Part shown: in pieces, positions 47,072 through 56,146 of the stretch
Layout: each line of letters opens with the position of its first letter
Numbering within the stretch: position 1 is the stretch's first letter
Virus record (IMG/VR): IMGVR_UViG_3300030329_005304
Location: 1 to 56,668 of that record
Source of the DNA: a virus
Lineage: Duplodnaviria; Caudoviricetes
Length of the DNA stretch: 56,668 nucleotides
Strand: one strand, 5' to 3'
Program-made: the position numbers and the translations under genes
Notes under the pieces: model-generated
Told to the model about the DNA's origin: nothing
Databases searched by the model: none
The model's input: only the letters and a program-made list of their open reading frames with translations

Positions 47072-47563
47072 TCACCCAAACAACTTGAGCTCGGCCCCAA
47101 CAGGAGGGCTTGGCGGCGGCATTTTTGTGGGGTCGATGTGCAGGGTGTGGAGGTCCCGCATCTTCGTTCTTCCGACTGGGGTAAACCCAGCGATGATGTA
47201 GCAGTAGCCCGGGTTCTTCTTGGACTTGACCTTGGCTCGGTTAACGAAGGTGATCATCCCTTCGTCCGGGGGGTCTCCCCACATCCAACGGGTTGCTGCG
47301 ATTGCCTCGAGGATCAACTCAGACGACAACCCAGCTCCTTCGTTGCGAAACAGGGAGCACTCCCACGCCCCAGGCCAAGCGTGCTTACACAGGTCGCGGC
47401 GCTGGACCCGGGTCACCCATAGGGCCCGCCGGCATGTGCTCAGAAGGACCACGTTCCTGCCGGGCGCCACGAACTGCGGCGTCCCTGGCTTCTGTCTGTT
47501 GTAGTGCCTGTCCGCCAAGGGGAGGGCCGCCTTGTCGAACCGATGGGAGATAGCCCACCTCAT
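47072..47563 (-). CDS. Mom-like GNAT-fold putative DNA-modification protein
   Basis: ADRHY, FRNEG, ITFV, NPGYCY..AGF..VG.T; adjacent to the methyltransferase. Confidence 0.55.
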   Translation of the reverse strand: MRWAISHRFDKAALPLADRHYNRQKPGTPQFVAPGRNVVLLSTCRRALWVTRVQRRDLCKHAWPGAWECSLFRNEGAGLSSELILEAIAATRWMWGDPPDEGMITFVNRAKVKSKKNPGYCYIIAGFTPVGRTKMRDLHTLHIDPTKMPPPSPPVGAELKLFG

Positions 47564-47829
47564 CCTTGGTCCAGGCCGGTGAAGATCTTTGATCCAGCCC
47601 CTACCTCCTCCTTAAGTTGACGACCATCGACCAATACCGACCGGCACCCGCACTCAGCGCACCCCCATATCGAGTCCGGGTTGTCCTCTGGATCGGACAC
47701 CGTTTCGCTGTCGACCCAGTCGAGAAGCTCGCCGGTCTCGTCGACAGTCCACTCCTCCTCGATAAGGACAATCGCTGTGAAGCGCTGATGCTTCTCGTTG
47801 TTTGGGCAGGCTAGTTTCATGATGCACAT
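47560..47829 (-). CDS. Small Zn-binding hypothetical protein
   Basis: CP...H, CAEC. Confidence 0.6.
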   Translation of the reverse strand: MCIMKLACPNNEKHQRFTAIVLIEEEWTVDETGELLDWVDSETVSDPEDNPDSIWGCAECGCRSVLVDGRQLKEEVGAGSKIFTGLDQG

Positions 47830-47983
47830 CCTTCCTTAGTGGGTGCCGGTTTGGGGGCCTTCAAGCAGGCCCCCCGTTCACCAACCACCGGCAGGCATAG
47901 CCGCTCACATCCCATCTGATGCCACTAGGGAGACCCCGGGCTTCGGGCGGACTTTGGAGGGGGTGGGGCCGCCCTTTCCGTTC

Positions 47984-48382
47984 CTACAGTTGGCCGGTGA
48001 TTACCCGCTTCTCGAACTTGTAGACCTTCCCTGTGACGACGTTTCGCCCCAGGAGTGGGTACTTCTTGGCCCGCGGCTTGATGCCGCAGATGGCAAAGGT
48101 GTCCGGTCCGAAGTTGAACCGCTTGCCCCAGTCGTCCTGCTTGAGGCCGACCTTCCAGGCGTTCTCCCGGAACTCGGTCTGCGCCGGGTCGATGGCCTCA
48201 CCGCTCTCGTTGAGCTCGGGGATCAGGAGCTTGAACGAGACGGGCATCTCGCGCTGGCCGTAGGTGCAGTGCTTCCTTACCAAAGTCACACCATTCTTCT
48301 CGGCGACGGACTCAAGCGCCTCACGGCACTCATCGAGGACACGGCGAACCGTGGCCTTGTCGAACATACGAACCTCACTCAT
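47984..48382 (-). CDS. Conserved phage hypothetical protein
   Basis: GAAGGAG SD; GIKPRAKKYP motif. Confidence 0.7.
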   Translation of the reverse strand: MSEVRMFDKATVRRVLDECREALESVAEKNGVTLVRKHCTYGQREMPVSFKLLIPELNESGEAIDPAQTEFRENAWKVGLKQDDWGKRFNFGPDTFAICGIKPRAKKYPLLGRNVVTGKVYKFEKRVITGQL

Positions 48383-48606
48383 CACGCACTCCTTCCAGTG
48401 GTTACTCTTCTCCAGACGATGAACTCCCCGGGAACCCGGGAGCACTCGAACAGGAGGTTGATTGCTTCGTGTGGCGCAAGGTTGGAGGTGAAGATGACTA
48501 CTCTTCCCCCCTCCGCCTCATGAGTCACACGAAGGCCTGTGTTGAGCAGAAGCAAAAGCTCCTGCGCGCTCAGTGCCCCGTGCCTACCTATAACTTCGTT
48601 GGGCAT
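48382..48606 (-). CDS. Hypothetical protein
   Basis: GAGGAG SD; TGATG coupling. Confidence 0.55.
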   Translation of the reverse strand: MPNEVIGRHGALSAQELLLLLNTGLRVTHEAEGGRVVIFTSNLAPHEAINLLFECSRVPGEFIVWRRVTTGRSA

Positions 48607-48623
48607 CTCCTCATCTTCCGCCG

Positions 48624-49454
48624 CTATGCGACAACCTGGAGCCCCGTCCTGTGGACGAAGCCGCTCGTATCCCTCGTTGCTGGCCCCTTCGCGTGGAGGA
48701 TGACCCAGCTTCCGGGCTTGTCCCGGAAGCGGATGTCAGTCTCGTCGCCAGAGACAGCAGGGAACCCGAGGAAGTGCCCCCTGCTGATGACCTCGTCGGC
48801 GGCCTCCTTGGCTGCGGACCGAGTCATGCCGCTCTTCGACTGCAGCACGATGGCTGCGTTCATGCCCGCCTCGAGGTACTCGACGGCACGTTCCATCGAG
48901 CCTTCGACCTCGGAGACGGAGTAGGTCAGGTGGTAGTTGTCGGGCGGGGTCCGGTGCTCAAGCGGCCACTTTGTGTAGTCGTACCACCTGACCTCCGGGA
49001 ACTCGTCCAGGATCCCGTACTGCTCCCACTTGATGTCGGAGGTTCCGTTCAGCCTGATGGCTGGAACCATCTCACTCGCCTTCGCTGCCCAGATGTGCCG
49101 CCGGACCTCTTCGCGGAGTTGGGCGAAGAACTCATCGGGGAACAACTTGAACAGCAAGGTCCTCATGACCCTCGCCTTTAGCGACCCGCCGGTCACCAAC
49201 TGTCCCGTCTTGTTGATGCAGACATCGGAGCAGTTGCCGGCGAACGGGCAGACGTTGTAGCCGGACTCGTCGTGTGGGCTGAGGTGGGCCACCGCAGTGA
49301 GCACGCCCTTCTTCTGCCCCTTGTTGACCTTGAAGTTCTTCCCGAAGATCTGACGAACCCGACCCCCGTCTGTGTACTTCAGACGAGACAGGAGGTCCGG
49401 GTCTTGTGCGTTGACCCCAAAGGAAGCGAGCACCTTCTCGACCCTAAGGAGCAC
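48624..49454 (-). CDS. GP88-like (radical-SAM-related) protein
   Basis: VCPFAGNCSDVC, RLNGTSD, YDYTK, NYHLTYS, GDETDIRF, DTSGFV. Confidence 0.8.
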   Translation of the reverse strand: MLLRVEKVLASFGVNAQDPDLLSRLKYTDGGRVRQIFGKNFKVNKGQKKGVLTAVAHLSPHDESGYNVCPFAGNCSDVCINKTGQLVTGGSLKARVMRTLLFKLFPDEFFAQLREEVRRHIWAAKASEMVPAIRLNGTSDIKWEQYGILDEFPEVRWYDYTKWPLEHRTPPDNYHLTYSVSEVEGSMERAVEYLEAGMNAAIVLQSKSGMTRSAAKEAADEVISRGHFLGFPAVSGDETDIRFRDKPGSWVILHAKGPATRDTSGFVHRTGLQVVA

Positions 49455-49456
49455 GA

Positions 49457-49681
49457 CTAGTCCTCGCCAAGAGCCTTGGCCAACGCGGCCAAGCCCTTCC
49501 AGTCGACCTTTGGACTAGGGGTCCCGTACATTGTCTTCATGGGGACGCCCTTCCTCCTATAGGAGGACGCCCTGGTCGACGCGGCTGCCCGGGTAAGGCC
49601 CGTCCGCCTCATGACCTCCGCAACAGACGAACTGGTCTGCCAGACCGTCACGAACTCAGAAGCACTCAATCGCTTTGGCAT
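49457..49681 (-). CDS. Small HTH-like protein
   Basis: SVAEVMRRTGLTRAAASTRAS. Confidence 0.6.
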   Translation of the reverse strand: MPKRLSASEFVTVWQTSSSVAEVMRRTGLTRAAASTRASSYRRKGVPMKTMYGTPSPKVDWKGLAALAKALGED

Positions 49682-49932
49682 CACACACCCTCCTCGACGA
49701 TCAGGGTGCATTCCCCGTCGTCGCTGATCTCAATTCGAGACTTCCCCAGGACAACAGAGAGCAGGACCCCCGCCTCCGTGCCAGCAAAAGTCTCAGCCAG
49801 AAGACGAAGCCGAACCGACTCGTCAACAAAAGCCTTCTCGTAACTATCGGCGCCGATATGGAGGACCCAGTCGATAAACCCAGACCCCAACTTCAAAGGG
49901 ATAAGACCAACGCCCTTCTGACCATCACCCAT
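49681..49932 (-). CDS. Hypothetical protein
   Basis: GGAAGGAG SD. Confidence 0.55.
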   Translation of the reverse strand: MGDGQKGVGLIPLKLGSGFIDWVLHIGADSYEKAFVDESVRLRLLAETFAGTEAGVLLSVVLGKSRIEISDDGECTLIVEEGV

Positions 49933-49957
49933 CACACACACTCCTTCCAAGGTTTTA

Positions 49958-49986
49958 AGTTTGCCACAGCAACCCCAACATGTCAA
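49958..49986 (-). promoter_or_regulatory. Putative sigma70 promoter
   Basis: TTGACA-N17-CAAACT with extended TGn; hairpin 49991-50011 upstream. Confidence 0.55.
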
Positions 49987-50031
49987 CCGTCCCGCCTAGT
50001 TTTATTGGCGGGGCCGCTTCTGCCTGTTGGG

Positions 50032-50610
50032 CTAGTTGTTTTGTTGGTCCCTTACGAGTTCCCAGGGAACCCACACCCACGACTCCACGTATGCGCCCTC
50101 TTTTCGGTACCGCATGTTTCGCTGGACCTTTGCGTTGTTCTTGACGTGGATGTTCGGGCCAGAGCTGGTGAAGCCCGGGTACTCCTTCTCGGGCTTGTGC
50201 GTCGTCTTGGCCATGTGTTCGACGTCTTCGAGCATGTGGCTCGCGACCTGCCGATACGTCGCGTCCTCTTCTCGGTCGCTGTCGCCCAGGACGTCACATA
50301 GCCCGTGAATGTCCCTATCCCAGCACGACCGGCACGTGGTGTAGGCCTCGGGGGCAGAGCCCTTTCTGTTCACTTCGATCTGAACAGAGTCGGGGTCTGG
50401 CACACCGCACAGATGGCACGTCGCACACACCTCACACAGTTCTCGGTCCATGTCGCCGTCTCCAAAGTCGTCTGGCGGTACCGACTCGCCGCACCTGGAG
50501 CAGACGATGCAGCCGCACTCAGCCGTCCCGCTGGGGTGCTCGAGTCCGCCGCAGAGGTGGCAGTTGGTGTAGTAGTTGTCCCAGTCGTCTGGAAGGTTCC
50601 AACCCATCAC
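50032..50610 (-). CDS. Cys-rich multi-Zn-finger protein
   Basis: Several CxxC pairs. Confidence 0.65.
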   Translation of the reverse strand: MMGWNLPDDWDNYYTNCHLCGGLEHPSGTAECGCIVCSRCGESVPPDDFGDGDMDRELCEVCATCHLCGVPDPDSVQIEVNRKGSAPEAYTTCRSCWDRDIHGLCDVLGDSDREEDATYRQVASHMLEDVEHMAKTTHKPEKEYPGFTSSGPNIHVKNNAKVQRNMRYRKEGAYVESWVWVPWELVRDQQNN

Positions 50611-50864
50611 TCCCCCTCAAGCGGTCGGTCTCGGTCGGGCAAGTCCAGCCACTCCCCGTATTTGACAGGCATCCACCCGCCAGGAATCCCGCTATCGAGC
50701 GCCTCCTCCATGTACTTCCTGTACCCATCGAGAAGGTTCCGCCTCTCGATGAGGTCCAGGAACACGTCGGTCTGCCAACCAACCCCGAACTGCTCAACAA
50801 GCGCCCTCAGCAGCGCCTTCTCTCCGGTGCTCTTTGAGCGAAGCAAGCTTGAACCATCACCCAC
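50607..50864 (-). CDS. Hypothetical protein
   Basis: GGAAGGAG SD preceded by palindrome B. Confidence 0.6.
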   Translation of the reverse strand: MGDGSSLLRSKSTGEKALLRALVEQFGVGWQTDVFLDLIERRNLLDGYRKYMEEALDSGIPGGWMPVKYGEWLDLPDRDRPLEGE

Positions 50865-50880
50865 GTCTCTCTCCTTCCTT

Positions 50881-50894
50881 ACCCAACATTGGGT
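50881..50894. promoter_or_regulatory. Palindrome B ACCCAACATTGGGT
   Basis: Abuts an SD. Confidence 0.65.
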
Positions 50895-50900
50895 AGTGAA

Positions 50901-51443
50901 CTACCAGAACCAACGACGGCCCTTGTTGGGGACCGCACAGTCGATCTTGATGTCGTTGAACTCCTTGCCATCCTCGCCCTTGCCGGTGAATAGCGCCCTG
51001 ACGTCTGCGCTGATTACACGGACTGACGTGATGGACCCCACGGCTTCCGCAGAGGACCGCAGTTCGTTCACAAGCTCTCGCATTGGGACGCTGTAGCCAG
51101 CGGACCACCCGATGCATGTGAGCTTCTCGCTCATGCCCTCCAAGAGGAGGGGGATCGGGATTTCGTGAAACTCGACGGTCACCGAGTAGTCAGCCTCGCG
51201 GTCACCGTCGTCCTCCGACAGTTCCTCCCGGACAAGGCTGACTCTCTTGATCGTCCACTGCCCATCTTGGACCCACTCATAAGGGATGTCCGGGTCCAGT
51301 TCCTCTAGGAGTTCGCTGTGCTCAAGATCAGCAGCGAACCACTCAGCCGAGTGGTGGGGGCTCTCAACCCCCACCACTAGGAACTGAACCTCCACGCCCA
51401 GGATGACGTGTCCCTCCATGCCGCCTGTAATCCAATAACCCAC
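50901..51443 (-). CDS. Acidic hypothetical protein
   Basis: GTG 51443 after GGAAGG; palindrome B variant at 51459-51472. Confidence 0.6.
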   Translation of the reverse strand: MGYWITGGMEGHVILGVEVQFLVVGVESPHHSAEWFAADLEHSELLEELDPDIPYEWVQDGQWTIKRVSLVREELSEDDGDREADYSVTVEFHEIPIPLLLEGMSEKLTCIGWSAGYSVPMRELVNELRSSAEAVGSITSVRVISADVRALFTGKGEDGKEFNDIKIDCAVPNKGRRWFW

Positions 51444-51474
51444 AAGCCATCCTTCCCTACCCAGCGTTGGGTAG

Positions 51475-51804
51475 TCATCCAGTGTGAATAAGGTCGCCGC
51501 AGATGGCACATTCCCATCCGTGGTAGTACCTCCCGTCTTCCCAGAACTCGTAGGACTTGGGGGTCTCGCTGCAGTCGTGTCCCTTGCGTTCGATCTTCTC
51601 CTTCAGCTCTCGCTCTCCTTCGAGGCGGGCCTCCTCCACCTCTTCGGAGGTCATCTTGACCCAGTTGCCCTTGTCGTCCGTCCGGTAGGACGCCCACCTG
51701 CCCCCCCTGGTGTCGATGCTTGTCCGGTCCATCGCATCCTCCCTGGCCTGCTTCCGTGCCATGTCCGCCCTCCTCATCAGGCTGTCCAGCACGTTGTCGG
51801 TCAT
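51475..51804 (-). CDS. Hypothetical protein
   Basis: ATGA overlap; HDC...CAIC. Confidence 0.6.
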   Translation of the reverse strand: MTDNVLDSLMRRADMARKQAREDAMDRTSIDTRGGRWASYRTDDKGNWVKMTSEEVEEARLEGERELKEKIERKGHDCSETPKSYEFWEDGRYYHGWECAICGDLIHTG

Positions 51805-52205
51805 GGGTCTGTCTTGATTGACAGGTGTCCAATGTGGATATCCCCGTCCTCGTCGCACACTGAGCACAAGAACTCCTGAGAGAACTCCACGACATGCCCC
51901 CCGTAGATCGCCGGCTTGTCGCCGAGAGCCCCTACCGGGAAGCACCCAATCAGACCAGCGTCAACCCCGTACCACCGACCCTCGCCGTCCCAGAACCTGC
52001 CGTCGCCCCAGGCTGTTCGCGAGCTGAAGAAGGTGGTCCCGTGGTACTCGAAGACCCCTTTGTCGCTACGAGGGTGCCGCTCGTCCAGTTGCAGGCAGTT
52101 TGTCTGGGCAAGAAGGTGGTCCCAGTCGTACCCATTCTTTTCGGAGAGCACGTAGCAGAGGTCGCCAACGTAGTACTTCCCCGGAGGGAAACGCTCTTCA
52201 TTCAC
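51801..52205 (-). CDS. Conserved phage hypothetical protein
   Basis: GKYYVGDLCYV...TAWGDG...VDAGLIG motif typical of phage proteins. Confidence 0.75.
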   Translation of the reverse strand: MNEERFPPGKYYVGDLCYVLSEKNGYDWDHLLAQTNCLQLDERHPRSDKGVFEYHGTTFFSSRTAWGDGRFWDGEGRWYGVDAGLIGCFPVGALGDKPAIYGGHVVEFSQEFLCSVCDEDGDIHIGHLSIKTDP

Positions 52206-52272
52206 ATCTACTCCTACTCAGCCGCGACGATGGCGGCGATGATTGACACCCAGGCAACTACAGAGATCGCAG

Positions 52273-52536
52273 TCACCGACCGAGGACCGGAAAAGTCCAC
52301 TCCTCGACGCTGCCGTTCCCCCCAAACAGAGCTCCGCCGTCGTTCCCCTCATCGTCTTGGGATGGGAAGATGTAGGACCCGTCATCGAAGGCGATGACGA
52401 GGGAGCGGCTGTACCAACCCATGTCCTCTGCCTCCTCTGCCGTCAGGTACCTGACCGACACGACGCTCCGTCCGACCAGGCGGTCCCTCGCGTACTTGTT
52501 CCAGTGCTTGTCTCGCTCTTCGGTGTTCTTGAACAT
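52273..52536 (-). CDS. Conserved phage hypothetical protein
   Basis: PSQDDEGNDGGALF motif. Confidence 0.75.
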   Translation of the reverse strand: MFKNTEERDKHWNKYARDRLVGRSVVSVRYLTAEEAEDMGWYSRSLVIAFDDGSYIFPSQDDEGNDGGALFGGNGSVEEWTFPVLGR

Positions 52537-52549
52537 GTCTTTCCTTCCT

Positions 52550-52565
52550 TGACCACTAGTGGTCA
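52550..52565. promoter_or_regulatory. Palindrome A TGACCACTAGTGGTCA
   Basis: Contains the upstream gene's TGA stop and abuts the next SD. Confidence 0.8.
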
Positions 52566-52832
52566 GTTTCCTCTGTAGGACGAGTAGCCCCGAATGGGGG
52601 TGTCCTCCTGGTAGACCTCTTCTATCGACGGGGAACTTCCGATCCCATCTCGGTACGCCTTAAGGAACGTGCCCGCATCGCAGTCCTCCTCGAGATAGAC
52701 GAGATCGCCCTTCACGTAGGAGAAAGACGAGATGTCTGCGGCGATGCCGAGCTCGACCAGTAGGCTATGTGGGACCTCCAGCCACCCGTGACCCGGGTCG
52801 CTGTAGAACTTGAGTCGGTAACTGTCGTACAT
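52563..52832 (-). CDS. Conserved phage hypothetical protein
   Basis: DPGHGWL...ISSFSY...YLEEDCD motif. Confidence 0.75.
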   Translation of the reverse strand: MYDSYRLKFYSDPGHGWLEVPHSLLVELGIAADISSFSYVKGDLVYLEEDCDAGTFLKAYRDGIGSSPSIEEVYQEDTPIRGYSSYRGN

Positions 52833-52841
52833 TTCCGACTC

Positions 52842-53156
52842 CTAGCTCGAGGCCCAGCCGAAGAAGAGGTACCCTCGGCCGGTCTCCACGCAGCCAGCAG
52901 GGCCCCACTTGTCGCTCACCTTGCCCTCCTCCGTGCTGCCGTCGTCTTCTCCGTACAGAAGCCTGTCCACGCACTCCTCGGGGGTCTCATCCTCTTCGGG
53001 CACGATGATCATGAACCCGTCCTTTTCGGCGATTGTCCCTGTGTAGCCACCGTTTCCGTGCTCCCACCTGGCGGAGTCCACCGCCTCCTTGAACGCAGAC
53101 AATGGTGTCGAGTTCTTTGATCGTGGGATGAAGACCGTGAAGTCGACGGCGCCCAT
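52842..53156 (-). CDS. Conserved phage hypothetical protein
   Basis: HGNGGYTGTIAEK...KWGPAGC...LFFGWASS. Confidence 0.75.
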   Translation of the reverse strand: MGAVDFTVFIPRSKNSTPLSAFKEAVDSARWEHGNGGYTGTIAEKDGFMIIVPEEDETPEECVDRLLYGEDDGSTEEGKVSDKWGPAGCVETGRGYLFFGWASS

Positions 53157-53599
53157 TAGGGACGCTCCGTTCGGCCGAGGAAGGTCCGGATGGATCGGAG
53201 CAGGACGAAGTAGGCCTCGATGCAGTCGACCGCAGACTCTCCGTCCCGCCGGAATCCCTCGGTGATGCGATCCAGGTGCACGTCCTGTTCGTCGCGGTCG
53301 ACATCTCCAGAGTGCCCAAGCTTTTGCAGTTCTGTTCGGAGTCTTTCGAGGGCCGAGGGCCACTCATGGATGTAACGGGCCAGCTCGGCAACGCCTCCCC
53401 CCGTCTCCATGAGCTTGATGACGATGTCGTCGTCGTCGACACCAATCTCGAAAGACCTGATGCCCACGTCGTCGAGGTGGTCGTTCAGGTCGATGTCCCC
53501 AATGTGGTATCCGCCGATCTCGACCTCGAGGCAGGGGGCTCCCTCGAACTCGTACTCGCGCATCTCAATAGAATCGGAGTGGCTTGAAAAAATAGGCAT
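53156..53599 (-). CDS. Acidic hypothetical protein
   Basis: TAATG coupling. Confidence 0.65.
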   Translation of the reverse strand: MPIFSSHSDSIEMREYEFEGAPCLEVEIGGYHIGDIDLNDHLDDVGIRSFEIGVDDDDIVIKLMETGGGVAELARYIHEWPSALERLRTELQKLGHSGDVDRDEQDVHLDRITEGFRRDGESAVDCIEAYFVLLRSIRTFLGRTERP

Positions 53600-53641
53600 C
53601 TCTTGTTCCTTCCGTGTTGTGCCGTTTATTCGGCTCGGTAC

Positions 53642-53986
53642 CTACGCCGGGTAGACGCAGGCGACTGCGGGGTTGACGAACTCGATGTACGCATCTCCGA
53701 GGCGCTCACTCGCCTTGAAGGACACGTCCATCCCTTCGCCGTAGTATTCGAGTGGGATCTGACAGTCGCCCTGTCCGCCGCGTGGCTCCATCAGGATCGT
53801 GGCAACCACGCCACGACCACCCCACTCGTATGGGTCGCCAGCGAGGACGTACCCGTTCTTGACCAGATTGCTCGCCCTGACCCGGGATGACTGCGGCTCG
53901 TCAACTGACCACTCCTGGCCAGCCACCCCACAAGACTCGGTGATCGCAAGCGCGACCGTCTTCGCAATACCTCTCTTCGTCATCAC
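53642..53986 (-). CDS. Hypothetical protein
   Basis: AAGGAGGAG SD. Confidence 0.65.
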   Translation of the reverse strand: MMTKRGIAKTVALAITESCGVAGQEWSVDEPQSSRVRASNLVKNGYVLAGDPYEWGGRGVVATILMEPRGGQGDCQIPLEYYGEGMDVSFKASERLGDAYIEFVNPAVACVYPA

Positions 53987-54201
53987 TCCTCCTTCCAGCG
54001 GTAGACAATCCGCTCTCCATTGGTTTGGGCAGCAACCACCACACGAGTAGGCGCATGGCAGACCCGAGCAACCCGACCGTCCTTGTCGACGCAGAGGTAC
54101 CTAAACCCCCGACCCCAACAGGAGCCACGCTCGAAGCCGGCGACCGAGAACTCCTTCCCGTCAATCACCACAGCCTCCGCAACTGGCGGAGATTCGCTCA
54201 C
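53983..54201 (-). CDS. Hypothetical protein
   Basis: GGAGG SD, GTG 54201. Confidence 0.5.
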   Translation of the reverse strand: MSESPPVAEAVVIDGKEFSVAGFERGSCWGRGFRYLCVDKDGRVARVCHAPTRVVVAAQTNGERIVYRWKEE

Positions 54202-54340
54202 GCTTCCTCCATCCAGTGCGTGCCCGCACCGTGTTTGCTGTTCATGGCAGCGCAGGCGAGGGACGCCACGAAAAACGAGACGGGGGACCCATGACCCTGC
54301 GCGTTGCCGATTCTCCAGTGAACGACCCACTCGCCACCCA

Positions 54341-54544
54341 TCATGTGTGAACCCTCCCATCAGGAGAGACCCCAGCCTCCAGGACAGGGTCGTCCTCGTG
54401 TGGCTCAGTTCCTCTCCTGTGGAGAATCACGGTGACCCAGCCGGGCGGCAGGTCGAACGGTTCCGTCCTCACATCTACCTCCTTTAGTGTGGTGTTGAAC
54501 CTGTCGGCCAGACTCCTGACCGCATCAAGCTGCAGTTCGGTCAC
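54341..54544 (-). CDS. Hypothetical protein
   Basis: GTGA overlap. Confidence 0.55.
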   Translation of the reverse strand: MTELQLDAVRSLADRFNTTLKEVDVRTEPFDLPPGWVTVILHRRGTEPHEDDPVLEAGVSPDGRVHT

Positions 54545-55158
54545 ACCATGCCCATGTGGATGAGCCAACTAGGGGCTCCGTGCGGGCAGCGGCCGTCGGG
54601 CTCGACGACGCACCCATCGATCGCCTCACAGGCACCGTCAAACACCCATGACTCGAGCTCTCCCATTGTGGGGGCGGGAAACGTCTCCCCGCCCCACTCG
54701 ACGTACTCCTGGCCCCCAAGCAAGGGGGCGGGCTCATCATCCTCCTCCTTCGGGCCCATGACCTTCCGGCCATCGATGACCTGGACGCACACCCGAATGG
54801 AGCCCTCTGGCTGCTTATCGGACATGACCCCAGGGAGCGGGAGCGTTGTTGGGTCTGGAGGAGGTGCCCACAGGGGCATGCCGAAGTTCAGAGCTACGGC
54901 AATCCGGAACCGACCACTCTCAACCCAGTCAAACATGTGCCCGTCGTAGCACTCGTCGCAGTACATCTTTGCGACCTCGGTCTCCTGAGGGCCGCCGTCC
55001 ATCAGGGTGACCTTGGTTGACACCTCGACGGCGCGCCTGCAGTCGAGCGTCTTGCGACAACGACTGCATCCGTCGAGTGCGACAGCCCCGACTATGCTGG
55101 GCCAAGTGCCCCGCAACAACACGGACCCAAGGTCCGCCATGAACTGAACCTCGCTCAT
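54541..55158 (-). CDS. Cys-rich hypothetical protein
   Basis: CSRC, CDEC, DGCVVEPDGRCPHG; palindrome B at 55174-55187 upstream of the SD. Confidence 0.65.
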   Translation of the reverse strand: MSEVQFMADLGSVLLRGTWPSIVGAVALDGCSRCRKTLDCRRAVEVSTKVTLMDGGPQETEVAKMYCDECYDGHMFDWVESGRFRIAVALNFGMPLWAPPPDPTTLPLPGVMSDKQPEGSIRVCVQVIDGRKVMGPKEEDDEPAPLLGGQEYVEWGGETFPAPTMGELESWVFDGACEAIDGCVVEPDGRCPHGAPSWLIHMGMV

Positions 55159-55192
55159 CTCCTCATCCTTCCTACCCAACATTGGGTGTTGG

Positions 55193-55429
55193 TTATGTTC
55201 TCAACTCACGCACAACCCACCCCCTGCCAACACACGGGGGACAATTGACCTCGTCGTATCCGCCGGGGGTTGGGTGGATTCCTTTGCCAAGACCGGAGCA
55301 TTCGGGGCAGTCAGCCACGACGTCCATGCCCATCAATCGCTCGACCGCTTGCGGTCCTGGCGGGTGTCCCGCATCGCATGAGCGGGTGACGATGTCGGCT
55401 AGGGCCAACAGGAATTGGTTGGTGCTCAT
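55193..55429 (-). CDS. Small protein with DnaJ-type CxxCxGxG repeats
   Basis: CPECSGLG...CPPCVGRG. Confidence 0.6.
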   Translation of the reverse strand: MSTNQFLLALADIVTRSCDAGHPPGPQAVERLMGMDVVADCPECSGLGKGIHPTPGGYDEVNCPPCVGRGWVVRELRT

Positions 55430-55917
55430 GTCGGGTCCTCCTCATCGTCGTCCAGGTCGCATGATGGCTCGGACGTGTTGAGTTCGTCGTTCATGGCGAG
55501 GACAAGGAACTTCACGAGGGTGTCGGGAGACGTCCACCCGGCAACCGTGTCGCTGCCGAAGTTGTGCCAGTCGCCGTCCTTTGTTTTCAGGGCAACCTCT
55601 GCGCTTCCACTGGACCACGGCGCATTCAACTTGACCGAGACGGGGGCCAAGAGGTCCCCGTCGTAATGATCGCTGTAGGTTCCCGGGCCGAACTGGACGC
55701 TGGCCGAGTTACCGTTCGCGAACACCAGCCGGAAGCCAGTGCCCCGGGTGATCATGAAGCAGCCCTTCTCGGCTTCGAGCTTGGACCACTCGTCCCGCAC
55801 GACCGGATGCCACACAGGCTCAGCAGGGACACCCAACTTGTAGTTGTCGCGAGCCCACTGACGGAAGCGCCGCTCCTCCTTGTCGCTCAATGCCTCGAAA
55901 CAACTGTCAGCAACCAT
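55426..55917 (-). CDS. Hypothetical protein
   Basis: GGAAGGAG SD; FANGNSASVQFG motif. Confidence 0.7.
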   Translation of the reverse strand: MVADSCFEALSDKEERRFRQWARDNYKLGVPAEPVWHPVVRDEWSKLEAEKGCFMITRGTGFRLVFANGNSASVQFGPGTYSDHYDGDLLAPVSVKLNAPWSSGSAEVALKTKDGDWHNFGSDTVAGWTSPDTLVKFLVLAMNDELNTSEPSCDLDDDEEDPT

Positions 55918-56146
55918 CTCTCTCTCCTTCCTGATGGCGACAGAAGGACTCTGTCGCGTGCTCTAGGGTGTTCCTGCAGTTCCGCAGGTAGTCAGCGAAG
56001 CACTCCCAGTGCGCCGGGTTGTCGCTTCGCTGGCTTCGGCACTGGGCCCCGCTCGCCGCGAGGTGCAGTAGGGCTAGGGCCTTGTTCGCCAGCCGGAGGA
56101 CCTCCTCCGGGTCGCTGGCTGCCATCTCTCTCTCCTTCCCACTCAT
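55907..56146 (-). CDS. Hypothetical protein
   Basis: Operon context. Confidence 0.5.
   Translation of the reverse strand: MSGKEREMAASDPEEVLRLANKALALLHLAASGAQCRSQRSDNPAHWECFADYLRNCRNTLEHATESFCRHQEGERDGC

Noticed and set aside
47835-47980. Hammerhead ribozyme or tRNA
   Set aside because: No CUGAUGA/GAAA core and no cloverleaf or T-loop found.
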